From Arenicellales bacterium (GTDB taxonomy: Bacteria; Pseudomonadota; Gammaproteobacteria; Arenicellales; JAJDZL01), in NCBI GenBank assembly GCA_965214875.1, contig OZ243980.1, positions 2,299,058 through 2,363,057 of the forward strand: DNA of 64,000 bases, in the 5' to 3' direction. Position numbers and translations under genes: made by a program. Shown piece by piece: positions 21,382 through 39,441 of the stretch. The notes under the pieces were generated by a model. The model did no database searches, was not told the DNA's origin, and saw only the letters and a list, made by a program, of their open reading frames with translations. Each line of letters opens with the position of its first letter. Position 1 is the first letter of the stretch.

Positions 21382-21678
21382 TCAGACCGCCTCATGAAAA
21401 CTGATGTCATCATCCTTGTGCAATCGGACGAAAGCTTTTCGCGTATCGACCCGCTTGCCAAGCGTACGGCCAAACCGCTTGGTTTTGCCGCGCCGGTTCA
21501 GAATTTGCACTGAAGTCACGCGCACATCGAAAACCGTCTGCACCGCCTCGCGTATCTCAGTCTTGGTGGCATCTCGCGCAACCTCGAATATGAACTGGTT
21601 GTTCAATTCCCCGATACGGGAACTTTTTTCCGAAATGATCGGCGCGATCAGAATGTTGTACATTCGTTCCTTTTTCAT
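21382..21678 (-). CDS. rplW: 50S ribosomal protein L23
   Basis: [20 protein letters not shown] aligns with the E. coli L23 N-terminus. I chose the start at 21678, just after the rplD stop; the ORF-track start is 21687. Confidence 0.93.
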   Translation of the reverse strand: MKKERMYNILIAPIISEKSSRIGELNNQFIFEVARDATKTEIREAVQTVFDVRVTSVQILNRRGKTKRFGRTLGKRVDTRKAFVRLHKDDDISFHEAV

Positions 21679-22292
21679 GCTAGCCACTCATCGACTGATT
21701 TCACCGCGTTTTGCGTGATCAGCAGCGTTGCGCTATCGATCGCCAGCGCAGGATTCAGCATGGCGCTTGCCACGACCTGCACATTCGGCAGATTGCGCGA
21801 TGCCAAATCAAGGTTCTCGCCGACATTGTCGGCGACAATCAGTGTCGAGCGCCTATGAAAATTCTTCAAGCACTGCGCAAGATCACGAGTCTTGTGGCTT
21901 TCTAGTTCCATATCGGACACCACGATCAGCCGACCTCGCCTACGGAGCTCGGAAAGGATGCTGCGCATCGCGGCGCGAAACGACTTGCGATTGACTTTCT
22001 GCGCATAGCTTCGCGGCGATGCGGCAAAGGTCGCGCCGCCGCCTCTGAATACCGGACTGCTAGTGGTGCCCGCTCTAGCGCGGCCCATCCCTTTTTGCCG
22101 CCAAGGCTTGCGCCCGCCGCCTCTAACCGCAGAGCGATTCTTTTGCGCTTTGGTTCCTGCGCGCGCACTGGCCCGGCAGGCAATCGAAACCTGATGCACA
22201 AGCGCTTCGTTGAAGCCGGCATCGAAATTCTTTTCGTCCACCGCAACCGAACCGGACTTTCCGCCGCTTCTGTCAAATACATCAAGGTCCAT
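21675..22292 (-). CDS. rplD: 50S ribosomal protein L4
   Basis: GGGRKPWRQKGMGRARAGTTSSPVFRGGG motif. Confidence 0.97.
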   Translation of the reverse strand: MDLDVFDRSGGKSGSVAVDEKNFDAGFNEALVHQVSIACRASARAGTKAQKNRSAVRGGGRKPWRQKGMGRARAGTTSSPVFRGGGATFAASPRSYAQKVNRKSFRAAMRSILSELRRRGRLIVVSDMELESHKTRDLAQCLKNFHRRSTLIVADNVGENLDLASRNLPNVQVVASAMLNPALAIDSATLLITQNAVKSVDEWLA

Positions 22293-22315
22293 GATCGCTT
22301 AGCTCAAGTTCGATT

Positions 22316-22960
22316 CTATATTGCAGTTTTCGTGGCAGCCGTAACCACGATATCCGAATCGCGCGCTCCAGGCACAGATCCTTTGATCAGCAGCAACGAG
22401 CGGTCCTCATCGACTTTAACGATTTCCAGATTCTGCTGCACAGTTTTGGCATTGCCCGAATGCCCAGCCATCTTCTTGCCAGGAAATACACGGCTCGGAG
22501 TCTGATTCTGACCAATCGATCCTGGCTTGCGGTGCGCTTTGGAGTTTCCGTGCGTCGCGCGGCCTCCGCCGAACCCGTAGCGCTTCATGGAGCCGGTAAA
22601 CCCCATTCCGCGCGACACGCTTTTGACATCCACTTTCTGCCCATCGCTAAACAAGGCCACTCCGACCCGGTCGCCCGGCTTGTATTGCTCGGTTTCTTCC
22701 GCTTCAACACGAAACTCCCATAAGCCTCGGCCGGATTCTGTCTGCGCTTTCTCGAAATGCCCTCGCATCGGCGCGGTCACGCGACTGTCTCTGCGCGAAC
22801 CGGTCGTCATCTGCAAGGCGCAATAGCCGTCACGCGACAGGGTTTTGACCTGCGTGACGCGATTAGGCTGCACCTCGACAACCGTGACCGGAGTCGACAC
22901 GCCGTCGTCATTGAATACCCGGGTCATCCCCAGCTTTGTTCCAACCAGTCCAAGGCTCAT
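22316..22960 (-). CDS. rplC: 50S ribosomal protein L3
   Basis: MSLGLVGTKLGMTRVF N-terminus and FPGKKMAGHSG. Confidence 0.98.
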   Translation of the reverse strand: MSLGLVGTKLGMTRVFNDDGVSTPVTVVEVQPNRVTQVKTLSRDGYCALQMTTGSRRDSRVTAPMRGHFEKAQTESGRGLWEFRVEAEETEQYKPGDRVGVALFSDGQKVDVKSVSRGMGFTGSMKRYGFGGGRATHGNSKAHRKPGSIGQNQTPSRVFPGKKMAGHSGNAKTVQQNLEIVKVDEDRSLLLIKGSVPGARDSDIVVTAATKTAI

Positions 22961-22980
22961 GACAAAATCTTCTATTCGGG

Positions 22981-23310
22981 CTACTGAAGCTTGATTTCCA
23001 CATCGACCCCAGCAGGCAGGTCGAGCTTCATCAGCGCTTCGATGGTCTTGTCATTCGGCTCGACAAGGTCCATGATGCGCTTGTGCGTTCGAATCTCGAA
23101 CTGATCTCTGGATTTTTTATCCGCATTGGGAGACCGCAAAAGCGTAAACCGCTCCTTGCGCGTCGGAAGCGGTATGGGGCCAAGCACTCGCGCACCGGTC
23201 CGCTTGACGGTTTCCTTGATTTGCTCAGCCGACTGATCGATCACGCGATGATCGAACGCCTTAAGCCGAATTCGCATCCGCTGCTGCTGTTCTGGTGCTT
23301 TTGTAGCCAT
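22981..23310 (-). CDS. rpsJ: 30S ribosomal protein S10
   Basis: [15 protein letters not shown] and [18 protein letters not shown] motifs. Confidence 0.98.
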   Translation of the reverse strand: MATKAPEQQQRMRIRLKAFDHRVIDQSAEQIKETVKRTGARVLGPIPLPTRKERFTLLRSPNADKKSRDQFEIRTHKRIMDLVEPNDKTIEALMKLDLPAGVDVEIKLQ

Positions 23311-23344
23311 GGTGCTATCGCCGGTCTGAAGCGTTCAAATGGGT

Positions 23345-24535
<1,191 letters not shown>

Positions 24536-24610
24536 AACTGCTACCTATGCTTTCTAGTTGGATTGACTGCTATTGCGCAACTCGTCGATTCAGATCGCGA
24601 AACGCCCGAA

Positions 24611-26707
24611 TCAGCTCGCAAGCTTCATGACTACGCCCGCTTCCTGGCTCGAAACCGGCATATACGCATCGAACTCCATCGAATACGTCGCACGGCCCTG
24701 CGTCAGCGATCGCAGCGACGACACATAGCCGAACATCTCTTTTAGCGGAACGCGCACTCGAACCACCTTGCCGCTAGCCACATCTTCCACGCCTTCGATT
24801 ATGCCGCGCCGCGATTGCAGATCGCCAGTGACAACACCCATGTACTCCTTGGGCGTTACGACCTCTACCGACATGTAGGGCTGCAACAGTTGCGGCCCGC
24901 CCCGCTGGCAACCATCTCGAAGCGCTTGCATCGCGACCGCGCGGAACGCGTACTCCGAAGAATCGACCTCATGATGCGAACCGTCAAGCAGCACTGCCTT
25001 GATATCAACCATCGGATAGCCGGCGATGATGCCGGTTCCAATGCCGTCTTCAAGCCCACGCCTGACGGCCGGGATGTATTCTTTCGGCACTGCGCCACCG
25101 ACAATTTCGTCCTCGAAGACGAAACCGCTGCCGCGCTCCAGCGGCTCGAAGCGCATCAAGACATGCGCATACTGTCCGCGACCGCCGGACTGCTTGACAT
25201 GCTTGCTTTCCTGCTCGACACGCTTGGTAATGGTTTCGCGATATGCAACCTGCGGCTGGCCGATGTTGGCATTAACATCGAACTCGCGACGCAAGCGGTC
25301 AATGATGATCTCCAAATGAAGCTCGCCCATCCCTGAAATAATCGTCTGGCCAGACTCTGAGTCGGTCTTGACCCGAAACGACGGATCCTCGGCCGAAAGC
25401 TTGTGCAAAGCGGCCGACAGGCGATCTTCGTCGATCCGGGTCTTGGGCTCGACTGCCTGCGACACGACAGGCTCTGGAAATTCCATGCGTTCGAGCATGA
25501 TTTCCTCGCCTTTAAGGCAAATGGTGTCGCCGGTCGTCACCGTCTTAAGACCGACGGCGCCAACAATATCGCCAGTCCGAACTTCCTTGATATCCTCGCG
25601 CGAATTGGCATGCATGTGCAGCAAACGCCCGATACGCTCTTTCTTGCCCTTGGAAACGTTGGCAACCATGTCTCCCGATTTCAGAACACCCGAATAAACT
25701 CTCAGAAAAACTAGCTGCCCCACAAACGGATCAGACATGATCTTGAACGCCAGCGCCGCAAATTTCTCCTCGTCGTCAGCTGCGCGAACCTCTGAATGGC
25801 CGGTTCGCTTGTCAATGCCTTCTACCGGCGGGACATCGGCGGGAGTCGGCAAATAGTCGATGACTCCATCAAGCAGCGTCTGTATGCCCTTGTTCTTGAA
25901 AGCAGAACCGCAAAACACTGGCACCATGGCATTGGCAAGCGTGAGTTTTCGCAGGCCCTTGCGAATCTGATTTTCATCAAGTGTGCCATGCTCAAGCCAT
26001 AGCTCGCCAAGCTCATCGTCTGCATCAGCCGCCACGCCGACAAGGTGCTCGCGCATCTGCTCTGCTCGCTCGCGAAGTTCTTCAGGCACTTCGCGGATAT
26101 CGAAATTTGCGCCCAGCGTGCGCTCATCCCAGTACCATGCCTTCATGGTGACGAGATCGACAACGCCGACAAAGTTCTCTTCACTGCCAATCGGCATCTG
26201 CACCGGCACTGTGTCGCAGCCCAGATATCGCGTGATCTGCCCCAGCACGCGCTCAAAGTCTGCGCCTGCGCGGTCCATCTTATTGATGAAAATAAGCCTT
26301 GGCACACCATAGCGGTCGGCCTGTCGCCATACCGTCTCAGTTTGAGGCTCGACACCGCCGACCGCGCACATGACCGCGACCGCGCCATCCAGCACACGCA
26401 GCGAGCGCTCGACCTCAATGGTGAAATCGACATGCCCCGGCGTGTCGATAATGTTGATGCGATGCTCGCTCAACGCTTCACGCGCACCGTTCCAGAAACA
26501 GGTGGTGGCTGCCGAGGTGATAGTGATGCCTCGCTCCTGCTCTTGCTCCATCCAGTCCATTACCGCATTGCCTTCATGCACTTCGCCCAGCTTGTGCGAG
26601 ATACCTGCGTAGAACAGTATCCGCTCCGTGGTCGTCGTCTTTCCAGCATCAATATGCGCCATGATGCCAATGTTGCGATAACGAGATAATGGCGTCTTTC
26701 TAGCCAT
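24611..26707 (-). CDS. fusA: Elongation factor G
   Basis: [23 protein letters not shown] and NKMDR motifs; 698 aa. Confidence 0.98.
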   Translation of the reverse strand: MARKTPLSRYRNIGIMAHIDAGKTTTTERILFYAGISHKLGEVHEGNAVMDWMEQEQERGITITSAATTCFWNGAREALSEHRINIIDTPGHVDFTIEVERSLRVLDGAVAVMCAVGGVEPQTETVWRQADRYGVPRLIFINKMDRAGADFERVLGQITRYLGCDTVPVQMPIGSEENFVGVVDLVTMKAWYWDERTLGANFDIREVPEELRERAEQMREHLVGVAADADDELGELWLEHGTLDENQIRKGLRKLTLANAMVPVFCGSAFKNKGIQTLLDGVIDYLPTPADVPPVEGIDKRTGHSEVRAADDEEKFAALAFKIMSDPFVGQLVFLRVYSGVLKSGDMVANVSKGKKERIGRLLHMHANSREDIKEVRTGDIVGAVGLKTVTTGDTICLKGEEIMLERMEFPEPVVSQAVEPKTRIDEDRLSAALHKLSAEDPSFRVKTDSESGQTIISGMGELHLEIIIDRLRREFDVNANIGQPQVAYRETITKRVEQESKHVKQSGGRGQYAHVLMRFEPLERGSGFVFEDEIVGGAVPKEYIPAVRRGLEDGIGTGIIAGYPMVDIKAVLLDGSHHEVDSSEYAFRAVAMQALRDGCQRGGPQLLQPYMSVEVVTPKEYMGVVTGDLQSRRGIIEGVEDVASGKVVRVRVPLKEMFGYVSSLRSLTQGRATYSMEFDAYMPVSSQEAGVVMKLAS

Positions 26708-26733
26708 CGTCCAAACCTGCTTTTTCCGACTAT

Positions 26734-27249
<516 letters not shown>

Positions 27250-27262
27250 TCAAAATTCGATA

Positions 27263-27637
27263 TCAGCCGCGCGGCCGCTTCGCTCCGTATTTGGAACGAC
27301 CTTGCCGACGATCCTCGACGCCTAAGGTGTCGAGCGCGCCACGCACAGTATGGTATCTGACACCAGGCAAATCTTTAACTCGACCGCCCCGAATCAGCAC
27401 CACCGAGTGCTCCTGCAAGTTATGCCCTTCGCCGCCAATGTAGGTGGTCACTTCGTAGCCGTTCGTCAATCGCACCCTAGCAATTTTTCTCATCGCGGAA
27501 TTCGGCTTTTTCGGCGTTGTCGTATACACGCGAGTGCAAACCCCGCGCTTTTGCGGACAAGCTTCCAGTGCCGGAACATTGGTTTTTTTAACCTGCTTTT
27601 TCCGCGGCTTGTTGACCAGCTGATTAATTGTCGGCAT
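27263..27637 (-). CDS. rpsL: 30S ribosomal protein S12
   Basis: [15 protein letters not shown]-terminus and [10 protein letters not shown]. Confidence 0.98.
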   Translation of the reverse strand: MPTINQLVNKPRKKQVKKTNVPALEACPQKRGVCTRVYTTTPKKPNSAMRKIARVRLTNGYEVTTYIGGEGHNLQEHSVVLIRGGRVKDLPGVRYHTVRGALDTLGVEDRRQGRSKYGAKRPRG

Positions 27638-27666
27638 GTTTTGCCACCATCATTCAATAAATAAGA

Positions 27667-27716
27667 CAGGCCACAACAGGCCTGCCCCACTGAAACGGCG
27701 AGAGAACAACCTCTCG
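27667..27716 (-). promoter_or_regulatory. Structured rpsL leader: two 6-bp GC-rich hairpins with near-identical pyrimidine-rich loops
   Basis: On the plus strand the two hairpins are cgagag-aacaac-ctctcg (27699-27716) and caggcc-acaaca-ggcctg (27667-27684). On the transcript the second is followed by UCUUAUUUAUU, 30 nt before the rpsL ATG. Confidence 0.4.
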
Positions 27717-27735
27717 GGTACGCATCAAAGGGGAA

Positions 27736-27764
27736 ATAATAAAGAAATATAGAAAAAATATCAA
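27736..27764 (-). promoter_or_regulatory. Putative sigma70 promoter of the str operon
   Basis: The minus strand reads TTGATA, a 17-nt spacer, then TATTAT (-35 at 27759-27764, -10 at 27736-27741), ~100 nt upstream of rpsL. Confidence 0.45.
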
Positions 27765-27826
27765 GTTAAAAATGCGTATTGCCCGAGATGGTCAATTTCG
27801 TGTTGCAGCATGACTTTTGGCATTGC

Positions 27827-30800
27827 TTAGCGGCTGTCGCCGCCGGCGAGCGCTCCCGCTGTAAATTCGATCGCTTCGGAATCCTGCTCAACTGATTTGC
27901 CAGGCATGTCTTCAAGCCTGATGAATTCGTCAGATTCGTCAGCTTTCTGTCGATGATGAATTTCTTGAAATTTCGCAGATTCGCCACGACTGACTTCACG
28001 CAGCCGGCGCCGCTCATCATGATGGTAGAGTCCGGTTCCAGCAGGGATCAGCCGTCCGACAATGACATTCTCCTTAAGCCCTCTGAGGTGGTCGACCTTG
28101 CCGCTCACCGACGCATCGGTCAAGACGCGTGTCGTCTCCTGGAACGAAGCAGCCGAAACGAAAGATTCAGTCATCAGCGATGCCTTGGTGATTCCAAGCA
28201 GGATTCGGACAGCCTCCGGCTCGACTTTCTGCTCTGTCTCGTCATGGCTTTCGTTGTGCTGGCGAATTTCTTCCACCACATTGAGGAAGCGCGAATATTC
28301 GACATTCTCACCCGGCAGGAAGTGGGTTGAGCCGGCAGATTCGACTCGAACTTTGCGCAGCATTTGCCGCACAATCACCTCGATGTGCTTGTCGTTGATG
28401 GTGACTCCCTGCAACCGGTAGACTTCCTGAACCTCGCGCACGATGTAGGCGGTCAATTCCTCTACTCCGCGCAACTCAAGAATTTCGGTAGCAACAGGCG
28501 AACCGTCGACGATCTGGTCGCCACGCTCGACGTGCTCGTTTTCAAACACCATGAATGTTCGGCCCTTGGGAATCAGCTCCTTGTGCTCGGTGCCGTCGGC
28601 TTCTGTGATGATCAGCCTTATCTTGCCTTTGGTTTCGTCGCCAAAGCTCACAACGCCGGTATGCCGCGCGTAGATCGCCGGATCTTTTGGCTTCCTCGCT
28701 TCAAACAACTCTGCAACCCGAGGCAGTCCGCCGGTAATGTCCCGCGTCGAAAGCTCTTCATGCGGGATTCTCGCCAGCACATCGCCAACGCGCACTTTTT
28801 GACGATCTTGCGCTAGAATCTGCGCTCCTGAAGGAAGCGGGTAGCGCACCTCGCGATTGGTGCCCGGCAGTTTCATCAACTCGCCCGCTTCGTCAACCAG
28901 AACAATCGTCGGACGTTCATCCATCGTCGCTCCAGCCCACTTTTTGGTATCCAAGACGGTATAGAAAATGTTCGGCCCCTTAAGATCGGATTCGTACGAA
29001 TCATCCGTGAACTCAGATACGGTGATGCCGGGAGTGATGTTCTCCAGCCTCACCATTCCCTCCACCTCGTTGATCACCGGGTGAACATGCATGTCCCAAG
29101 TGGCGATCATCTGTCCTGGCAACACCTCGCCGCCGTCTTTGACGGTAATAACTGCGCCATACGGCACCGGGTAGCGCTCAACCACAGCGCCTGTCGAGTC
29201 ATAGATGTTCAACTCCCCTGAGCGCGTCATCACCACATAGTTTCCATCTGCATTTTCAAGCTCGTTGATGCGATCGTAGCGGGCAATCCCTTTGGTGCGC
29301 ACAACCACGTTAGAAGTCGATTGCTCACGTTCGGCGACACCGCCCATATGGAACGTCCGCATCGTTAGCTGCGTGCCCGGCTCGCCAATGCTTTGCGCCG
29401 CGATCACCCCCACCGCTTCGCCGCGGTTGACCAGATGGCCCCGGCCGAGATCGCGTCCATAGCACTTGGCGCAAATGCCGTATCGGGTTTCGCAAGTGAC
29501 CGGCGACCGGACCCGCACGCGCTGAATCGCAAACCGCTCGATCTTCTGAAGATGAAATTCGTTGATCACCTCGCCCGCCTCCACGATCACTTCACCGGTC
29601 GCTGGCGATTTAACCGCTTCGGCAACGGTCCGTCCCAGGATCCGCTTGGTCAGCTCTACCACGACATCGCCGCCTTTGACCAGCGCCTCCATGGTGATGC
29701 CGCGCTCGGTGCCGCAGTCGGACTCAGTCACGACCAGATCCTGGCAAACATCGATGAGCCGTCGCGTCAGGTAGCCGGAGTTGGCAGTCTTAAGCGCCGT
29801 ATCGGCCAGCCCTTTTCGCGCGCCGTGTGTGGAAATGAAGTATTGCAGCACATCGAGACCTTCGCGGAAATTCGCCTTGATCGGCGTCTCGATGATGGTG
29901 CCGTCCGGCTTTGACATCAATCCTCGCATGCCGGCAAGCTGGCGAATCTGCGCATACGAGCCTCGCGCGCCTGAATCCGCCATGATGTGAACCGGATTGA
30001 ACGAAGCCTGCTCCACTTGATCGCCCTTGGAGTTGGTCACGGTCTCGGTGCGCAGATTCTTCATCATGGATTCTGCGACCTGATCGCTGGCGTGACTCCA
30101 AATATCTACAACCTTGTTGTAGCGCTCTCCATCGGTCAGCAAACCGGAACGGGCCTGCCTTTGAACTTCTTCGACCTGGCGGTCGGCTTGATCGAGAATC
30201 TCTTGCTTGTTCGAGGGGATCTCAATATCGTTGACGCAGATCGATATGCCGCCCTTGGCCGCAAAGTCGAAGCCCCAATACATCAGCTGGTCGGCCAGCA
30301 CAACGGTCTCTTTCAGGCCGACGTGGCGATAGCACTCATTGACAATGTCAGAAATCGCCTTTTTATTCAAATCCCGGTTGATGAACGAAAAATCAATGCC
30401 GCGCGGCAAGATTTCCGACAGCAAGGCGCGTCCGACAGTCGTGTTGTAGAACTTGTGCGAGATCGATGCATCTTCACTTTTGTCTTCGTACTCGGTAATT
30501 CGCACACGGATGCTCGCATGAATGCCAACTGCGCCGATTTCATAAGCGCGCCGCACCTCTGAAACATCGGCAAACACCTTGCCGTTGCCTTTGGCCGTAG
30601 CTGATTCGCGCGTCAGATAGTAAAGGCCCAGCACGATATCTTGCGACGGCACAATGATCGGCTCGCCATTAGCGGGCGACAAGATGTTGTTGGTCGACAT
30701 CATCAAGGTTCGCGCTTCGATCTGAGATTCGACTGTCAGCGGGATGTGCACTGCCATTTGATCGCCGTCAAAGTCGGCGTTATACGGTGTGCATACAAGC

Positions 30801-32155
30801 GGATGCAGCTGGATGGCCTTGCCTTCAACGAGCAAAGGCTCGAATGCCTGAATGCCGAGACGGTGCAGCGTAGGCGCCCGGTTCAACAGCACCGGATGCT
30901 CGCGAATGACCTCTTCTAAAATGTCCCATACTTCGGCCCGTTCATTTTCGACATAGACTTTTGCCTTCTTGATGCTGTTTCGAGACGGGTCTCGAAGCTT
31001 CAATTTGTGAAACACGAACGGCTTGAACAGCTCAAGCGCCATGCGCTTGGGTATGCCGCACTGGTGCAATTTCAAAGTGGGGCCAACAACGATGACTGAA
31101 CGGCCGGAGTAGTCGACCCGCTTGCCAAGCAGGTTTTGGCGAAAACGCCCCTGCTTGCCCTTGATCATGTCGGCAAGGGACTTGAGTTTCTGCTTGTTCG
31201 GTCCGGTAATGGTCTTGCCGCGGCGGCCATTGTCAAGCAACGCGTCGACCGCTTCTTGAAGCATGCGCTTTTCGTTGCGCACCACAATGTCCGGAGCGCG
31301 CAAGTCCAAAAGACGCTTCAAACGATTGTTGCGATTGATCACCCGCCGGTAAAGATCGTTCAGATCCGATGTGGCGAACCGTCCTGCGTCAAGCGGCACG
31401 AGCGGCCGCAAGTCCGGCGGCAAGATCGGCAGCATCTGCAGAATCATCCACTCCGGCTTGTTTTTCGAATCGATGAACGATTCGATAAGCTTCAAACGCT
31501 TGGTCAGCTTCTTGATTTTAGTCTCCGACTTGGCATCTTCAAGCTCGCCGCGAAGCTTTTTAGCTTCTTGCTCAAGATCAATCTTGCGTACCAGGTCGCG
31601 TATTGCTTCGGCACCCATTCTGGCATCGAATTCGTCGCCGAATTCTTCGACCGCTTCATAATAGGCTTCCTCACTGAGCAAAAAGCCGCGCTCAAGGTAG
31701 GTAAGACCCGGGTCAACCACTACATAGGCTTCAAAGTACAGGACCCGCTCAATCTCGCGCACCGTCAAATCCAGCAGCAGGCCGAGTCGGGAAGGCAAGC
31801 TTTTCAGAAACCATATGTGCGCAACCGGGCTAGCCAGCTGCACATGCCCCATGCGCTCACGACGAACTTTCGCCTGCGTGACTTCGACGCCGCACTTTTC
31901 GCATACCACCCCGTGGTGCTTCAGTCGCTTGTATTTTCCGCATTGGCACTCGTTGTCCTTTGTCGGTCCGAACAGTTTTGCGCAAAACAGCCCTCCGCGC
32001 TCCGGCTTGAATGTGCGGTAGTTGATCGTTTCAGGCTTGGTCACTTCGCCGAACGACCACGAGTGGACCCGCTCAGGCGATGCAAGACCAATTTGAATTT
32101 CATCAAAATCTTCCGAGCGACCTGAAGGCTTCATTAAGCGTGTGTAATTGTTCAT
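27827..32155 (-). CDS. rpoC: DNA-directed RNA polymerase beta' subunit
   Basis: [38 protein letters not shown] catalytic motif; 1442 aa. Confidence 0.98.
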   Translation of the reverse strand: MNNYTRLMKPSGRSEDFDEIQIGLASPERVHSWSFGEVTKPETINYRTFKPERGGLFCAKLFGPTKDNECQCGKYKRLKHHGVVCEKCGVEVTQAKVRRERMGHVQLASPVAHIWFLKSLPSRLGLLLDLTVREIERVLYFEAYVVVDPGLTYLERGFLLSEEAYYEAVEEFGDEFDARMGAEAIRDLVRKIDLEQEAKKLRGELEDAKSETKIKKLTKRLKLIESFIDSKNKPEWMILQMLPILPPDLRPLVPLDAGRFATSDLNDLYRRVINRNNRLKRLLDLRAPDIVVRNEKRMLQEAVDALLDNGRRGKTITGPNKQKLKSLADMIKGKQGRFRQNLLGKRVDYSGRSVIVVGPTLKLHQCGIPKRMALELFKPFVFHKLKLRDPSRNSIKKAKVYVENERAEVWDILEEVIREHPVLLNRAPTLHRLGIQAFEPLLVEGKAIQLHPLVCTPYNADFDGDQMAVHIPLTVESQIEARTLMMSTNNILSPANGEPIIVPSQDIVLGLYYLTRESATAKGNGKVFADVSEVRRAYEIGAVGIHASIRVRITEYEDKSEDASISHKFYNTTVGRALLSEILPRGIDFSFINRDLNKKAISDIVNECYRHVGLKETVVLADQLMYWGFDFAAKGGISICVNDIEIPSNKQEILDQADRQVEEVQRQARSGLLTDGERYNKVVDIWSHASDQVAESMMKNLRTETVTNSKGDQVEQASFNPVHIMADSGARGSYAQIRQLAGMRGLMSKPDGTIIETPIKANFREGLDVLQYFISTHGARKGLADTALKTANSGYLTRRLIDVCQDLVVTESDCGTERGITMEALVKGGDVVVELTKRILGRTVAEAVKSPATGEVIVEAGEVINEFHLQKIERFAIQRVRVRSPVTCETRYGICAKCYGRDLGRGHLVNRGEAVGVIAAQSIGEPGTQLTMRTFHMGGVAEREQSTSNVVVRTKGIARYDRINELENADGNYVVMTRSGELNIYDSTGAVVERYPVPYGAVITVKDGGEVLPGQMIATWDMHVHPVINEVEGMVRLENITPGITVSEFTDDSYESDLKGPNIFYTVLDTKKWAGATMDERPTIVLVDEAGELMKLPGTNREVRYPLPSGAQILAQDRQKVRVGDVLARIPHEELSTRDITGGLPRVAELFEARKPKDPAIYARHTGVVSFGDETKGKIRLIITEADGTEHKELIPKGRTFMVFENEHVERGDQIVDGSPVATEILELRGVEELTAYIVREVQEVYRLQGVTINDKHIEVIVRQMLRKVRVESAGSTHFLPGENVEYSRFLNVVEEIRQHNESHDETEQKVEPEAVRILLGITKASLMTESFVSAASFQETTRVLTDASVSGKVDHLRGLKENVIVGRLIPAGTGLYHHDERRRLREVSRGESAKFQEIHHRQKADESDEFIRLEDMPGKSVEQDSEAIEFTAGALAGGDSR

Positions 32156-32213
32156 TGCTAGCTATATCTCTAATTTCGTTCTATGTTCGTTACGCTATTG
32201 AACTAGGAGAAGG

Positions 32214-36442
<4,229 letters not shown>

Positions 36443-36587
36443 GAATGGTTGCACCGGCTTGATTTCAAGTCAGACGCGTACACGCAAATGCGGACTCTAC
36501 CCTGAGAGGATAGAGCTCGACCGAACAGTGCGGCAGAATGCTTGATAAAGTGATCAAATGGAGTCTTAAAGTCCGTGAAACTGAGAA

Positions 36588-36977
36588 CTACTTTATCTCC
36601 ACAGTTCCTCCGGCCGACTCGATCTCTTCTTTCATTTGATCGGCTTCTTCCTTGCTCAATCCGTCTTTGACGGTGCACGGCGCACTTTCGACAAGTTTTT
36701 TGGATTCGACTAGTCCCAAGCCTGTGATGCCTCGCACCGCCTTGATGACGCCGACTTTCTTATCGCCGAATTCCTTAAGCACTAGCTCGAATTCGGTTTG
36801 CTCTTCAGCCACTTCGGACGCATCTTCGGCTCCGCCGGCAGCGGCCATCGGCATCGCGACCGCGGGCGCGGCGGCGGAAACGCCGAATTTTTCTTCCATG
36901 GCTTTGACTAGTTCCGATAAATCGAGCACTGACATATTTGAAATGGCATCAAGTATTTCTTGGTTCGATAGCGACAT
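36588..36977 (-). CDS. rplL: 50S ribosomal protein L7/L12
   Basis: Ala-rich hinge ([17 protein letters not shown]) and [24 protein letters not shown]. Confidence 0.98.
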   Translation of the reverse strand: MSLSNQEILDAISNMSVLDLSELVKAMEEKFGVSAAAPAVAMPMAAAGGAEDASEVAEEQTEFELVLKEFGDKKVGVIKAVRGITGLGLVESKKLVESAPCTVKDGLSKEEADQMKEEIESAGGTVEIK

Positions 36978-37028
36978 TGAAGTTTCCTCTAATTTGGATG
37001 ATTCTGCGAATTGATGTTTATGTTTGAG

Positions 37029-37559
37029 CTACTGCCCATCTTGGGCTTTGGCATCGCGAACAGCAGCGAGGGTCCTCACGAACGAGGCGGGGATCTGGTT
37101 AAGCGCACTGACAAAGTTTGCAATCGGGGCGGCTGCAGTGCCGGCAAGCATCGCAAGCAGTATTTCACGGCTCGGCAACTTGGCAATATGCCTGAACTGC
37201 TCATCAACGAGCAGCTTGCCATTTACCGCGCCCGAATGAAATCGAAACGCTTCATGATCTTTCGAAAAATCGGCAACGACTTTTGCGCCAGTTACTGGAT
37301 CATCGGCAAGCGCTATGGCGATGGGACCTTGAAACGAGTCTTTCAGACATTCAAACTCGGTTCCTTCGACCGCTCGTCGCGCCAGCGTGTTTTTTACGAT
37401 TCTGACATCCACATTCGATGCCCTCGCCTGGCGGCGCAGTTCGCTCATGCCGGCAACATCAATGCCCCGATACTCCGCAAGCACTGCAAAATTGGCCCAT
37501 TCGAACTTGCCTTTGACTTCCTCTACAATCTCTTGCTTGCGCTGCAAATTTGCGTTCAT
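37029..37559 (-). CDS. rplJ: 50S ribosomal protein L10
   Basis: 176 aa in the canonical rplJ position, with VAGMSELRRQAR. Confidence 0.95.
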   Translation of the reverse strand: MNANLQRKQEIVEEVKGKFEWANFAVLAEYRGIDVAGMSELRRQARASNVDVRIVKNTLARRAVEGTEFECLKDSFQGPIAIALADDPVTGAKVVADFSKDHEAFRFHSGAVNGKLLVDEQFRHIAKLPSREILLAMLAGTAAAPIANFVSALNQIPASFVRTLAAVRDAKAQDGQ

Positions 37560-37604
37560 TGGTGATGTCCTGCCTGTTTATTCCGCACTCGGCTACTGAG
37601 CGCG

Positions 37605-38303
37605 CTATGCGCGCGCCAGTTCAATCGTATCGACTTTGACACCCGGCCCCATGGTTGTCGATAGCGACACATTCTTGATGAATTGGCCTTTCGCTGCCGG
37701 CGGCTGCGCACGCTTTAGCGATCGAATCAACTCTACGATATTCTCGGACAGCGCTGCTGCATCGAAAGACGCTTTGCCGACCGGGCAATGCACGATTCCA
37801 GCGCGGTCAATCCGAAATGACACTTTGCCGTTCTTGGCTTCCTTAACCGCATCGGATATGTCTTCGCGAACGGTTCCATTTTTAGGGTTGGGCATCAAAT
37901 CTCTCGGTCCAAGCTTCTTGCCGACTGCCGCAACCTTGCGCATGGCATCGGGTTCTGCGACAACGGCATCGAAGTCGATCTTGCCTTTTCGAATGTCGTC
38001 AATCAGATCCTCAAGCCCCACAAGGTCGGCACCGGCCGCCAGCGCCTCTTCCGCCTTCTCGCCGGCCGCGAATACCGCGACGCGGATATTTTTACCATGA
38101 CCTTTCGGCAGCAGTGCAAATCCTCGCACATTCTGATCCGATTTTTTGGGATCGATGCCTAGCATGATCGCCGCTTCGACCGTCTCGTCAAACTTGGCTG
38201 AAGCCGTGCTTTTGACCAATCCTATCGCTTCTTCAAGCGGGTAGACTTTGGTCCGGTCGACTTCGGACTTCACTTTATCGTAGCGCTTTCCACGTTTTGA
38301 CAT
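37605..38303 (-). CDS. rplA: 50S ribosomal protein L1
   Basis: FDETVEAAIMLGIDPKKSDQNVRG and LGPRDLMPNPK motifs. Confidence 0.97.
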   Translation of the reverse strand: MSKRGKRYDKVKSEVDRTKVYPLEEAIGLVKSTASAKFDETVEAAIMLGIDPKKSDQNVRGFALLPKGHGKNIRVAVFAAGEKAEEALAAGADLVGLEDLIDDIRKGKIDFDAVVAEPDAMRKVAAVGKKLGPRDLMPNPKNGTVREDISDAVKEAKNGKVSFRIDRAGIVHCPVGKASFDAAALSENIVELIRSLKRAQPPAAKGQFIKNVSLSTTMGPGVKVDTIELARA

Positions 38304-38333
38304 CTTAAGCTCCTATTCTGTTCCTGTCCGAGA

Positions 38334-38762
38334 CTAGTCGGCGACTTCCAATCCCATGCTGCGAGCGCTGCCAGCGATGATTCGCGCGCCCTGCTCAACT
38401 TCGTAGCTGCTCAGGTCCGGCTGCTTGGTCTTGACAATTTCTTCGATCTGGCTGCGTGTGACCTTGCCGACTTTTTCACGATTAGGCTCGGCGCTTCCTT
38501 TATCGACACCGGCAGCCTTTTTCAGCAGGTACGATACCGGCGGCGTCTTCGTTTCAAAAGAAAAGCTCTTGTCTGCATAGACGGTAATCACAACCGGAAC
38601 CGGCATCCCGGTCTCCATCGCCTGCGTCTTGGCGTTGAATGCCTTGCAAAACTCCATCAGATTCAAGCCATGCTGTCCGAGTGCTGGTCCCACAGGCGGT
38701 CCAGGCTTGGCATCGCCGGCCGGAACGTTCATCTTGATGTAGGCGGTAATTTTCTTGGCCAT
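38334..38762 (-). CDS. rplK: 50S ribosomal protein L11
   Basis: [28 protein letters not shown] motif. Confidence 0.98.
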   Translation of the reverse strand: MAKKITAYIKMNVPAGDAKPGPPVGPALGQHGLNLMEFCKAFNAKTQAMETGMPVPVVITVYADKSFSFETKTPPVSYLLKKAAGVDKGSAEPNREKVGKVTRSQIEEIVKTKQPDLSSYEVEQGARIIAGSARSMGLEVAD

Positions 38763-38832
38763 AGCGGGTTATTCGCGATCTTTGAGGTTGCTGTGTAAAT
38801 TGCTTTGCTTGCAGGAATTCGCCGAACGGCAA

Positions 38833-39438
38833 TCAGCTTTTTGCCACCTGACCGAAATCCAGCTCGATGGGCGTCGATCGCCCGAAGATGGAGACCGATA
38901 CCCGTAATTTGTTTTTTTCGTAGTTGACATCTTCGACGGTGCCGTTGAAGTCCTCGAATGGGCCTTCGATCACGCGGATCAGCTCGCCTGGCGCGAACAG
39001 CACCTTCGGCTTGAGCCTGCTAGCTCCGTCTTCGATGCGGTCGAGAATAGCCTTGGCCTCATCCTCGCTGATCGGCGACGGCGTATTGCCACCGATAAAA
39101 CTGCAGATATGCGGGATGCTGTTTACAAGATGCCAAGTGTCGGCTGTCATTTCCATCTCGATGAAGACGTAGCCCGGATAGAAGTTTCGCTCTGTGGTTC
39201 GCTTCTGCCCCCCGCGCACTTCAATGACCCGCTCAGTCGGCACCACGATCCCGCCGAAATGAACGCCAAGGCGGGATCGCGCGATGTACTCATCCAGCGT
39301 GCGCTTGACGCGCTGTTCATGGCCCGAATAGGTATGCAGAACGTACCACTTCTTTTCAGCGCTGGCAGCCGACTCGTCGATTGGCTCGACTGATGAGCCA
39401 TCGGGTTCGGAAATCTGCATCATTTCATCTGAATTCAT
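38833..39438 (-). CDS. nusG: Transcription termination/antitermination factor NusG
   Basis: KKWYVLHTYSGHE in the NGN domain and a C-terminal KOW (GPFEDFNGTVEDV). Confidence 0.96.
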   Translation of the reverse strand: MNSDEMMQISEPDGSSVEPIDESAASAEKKWYVLHTYSGHEQRVKRTLDEYIARSRLGVHFGGIVVPTERVIEVRGGQKRTTERNFYPGYVFIEMEMTADTWHLVNSIPHICSFIGGNTPSPISEDEAKAILDRIEDGASRLKPKVLFAPGELIRVIEGPFEDFNGTVEDVNYEKNKLRVSVSIFGRSTPIELDFGQVAKS

Positions 39439-39441
39439 CTG

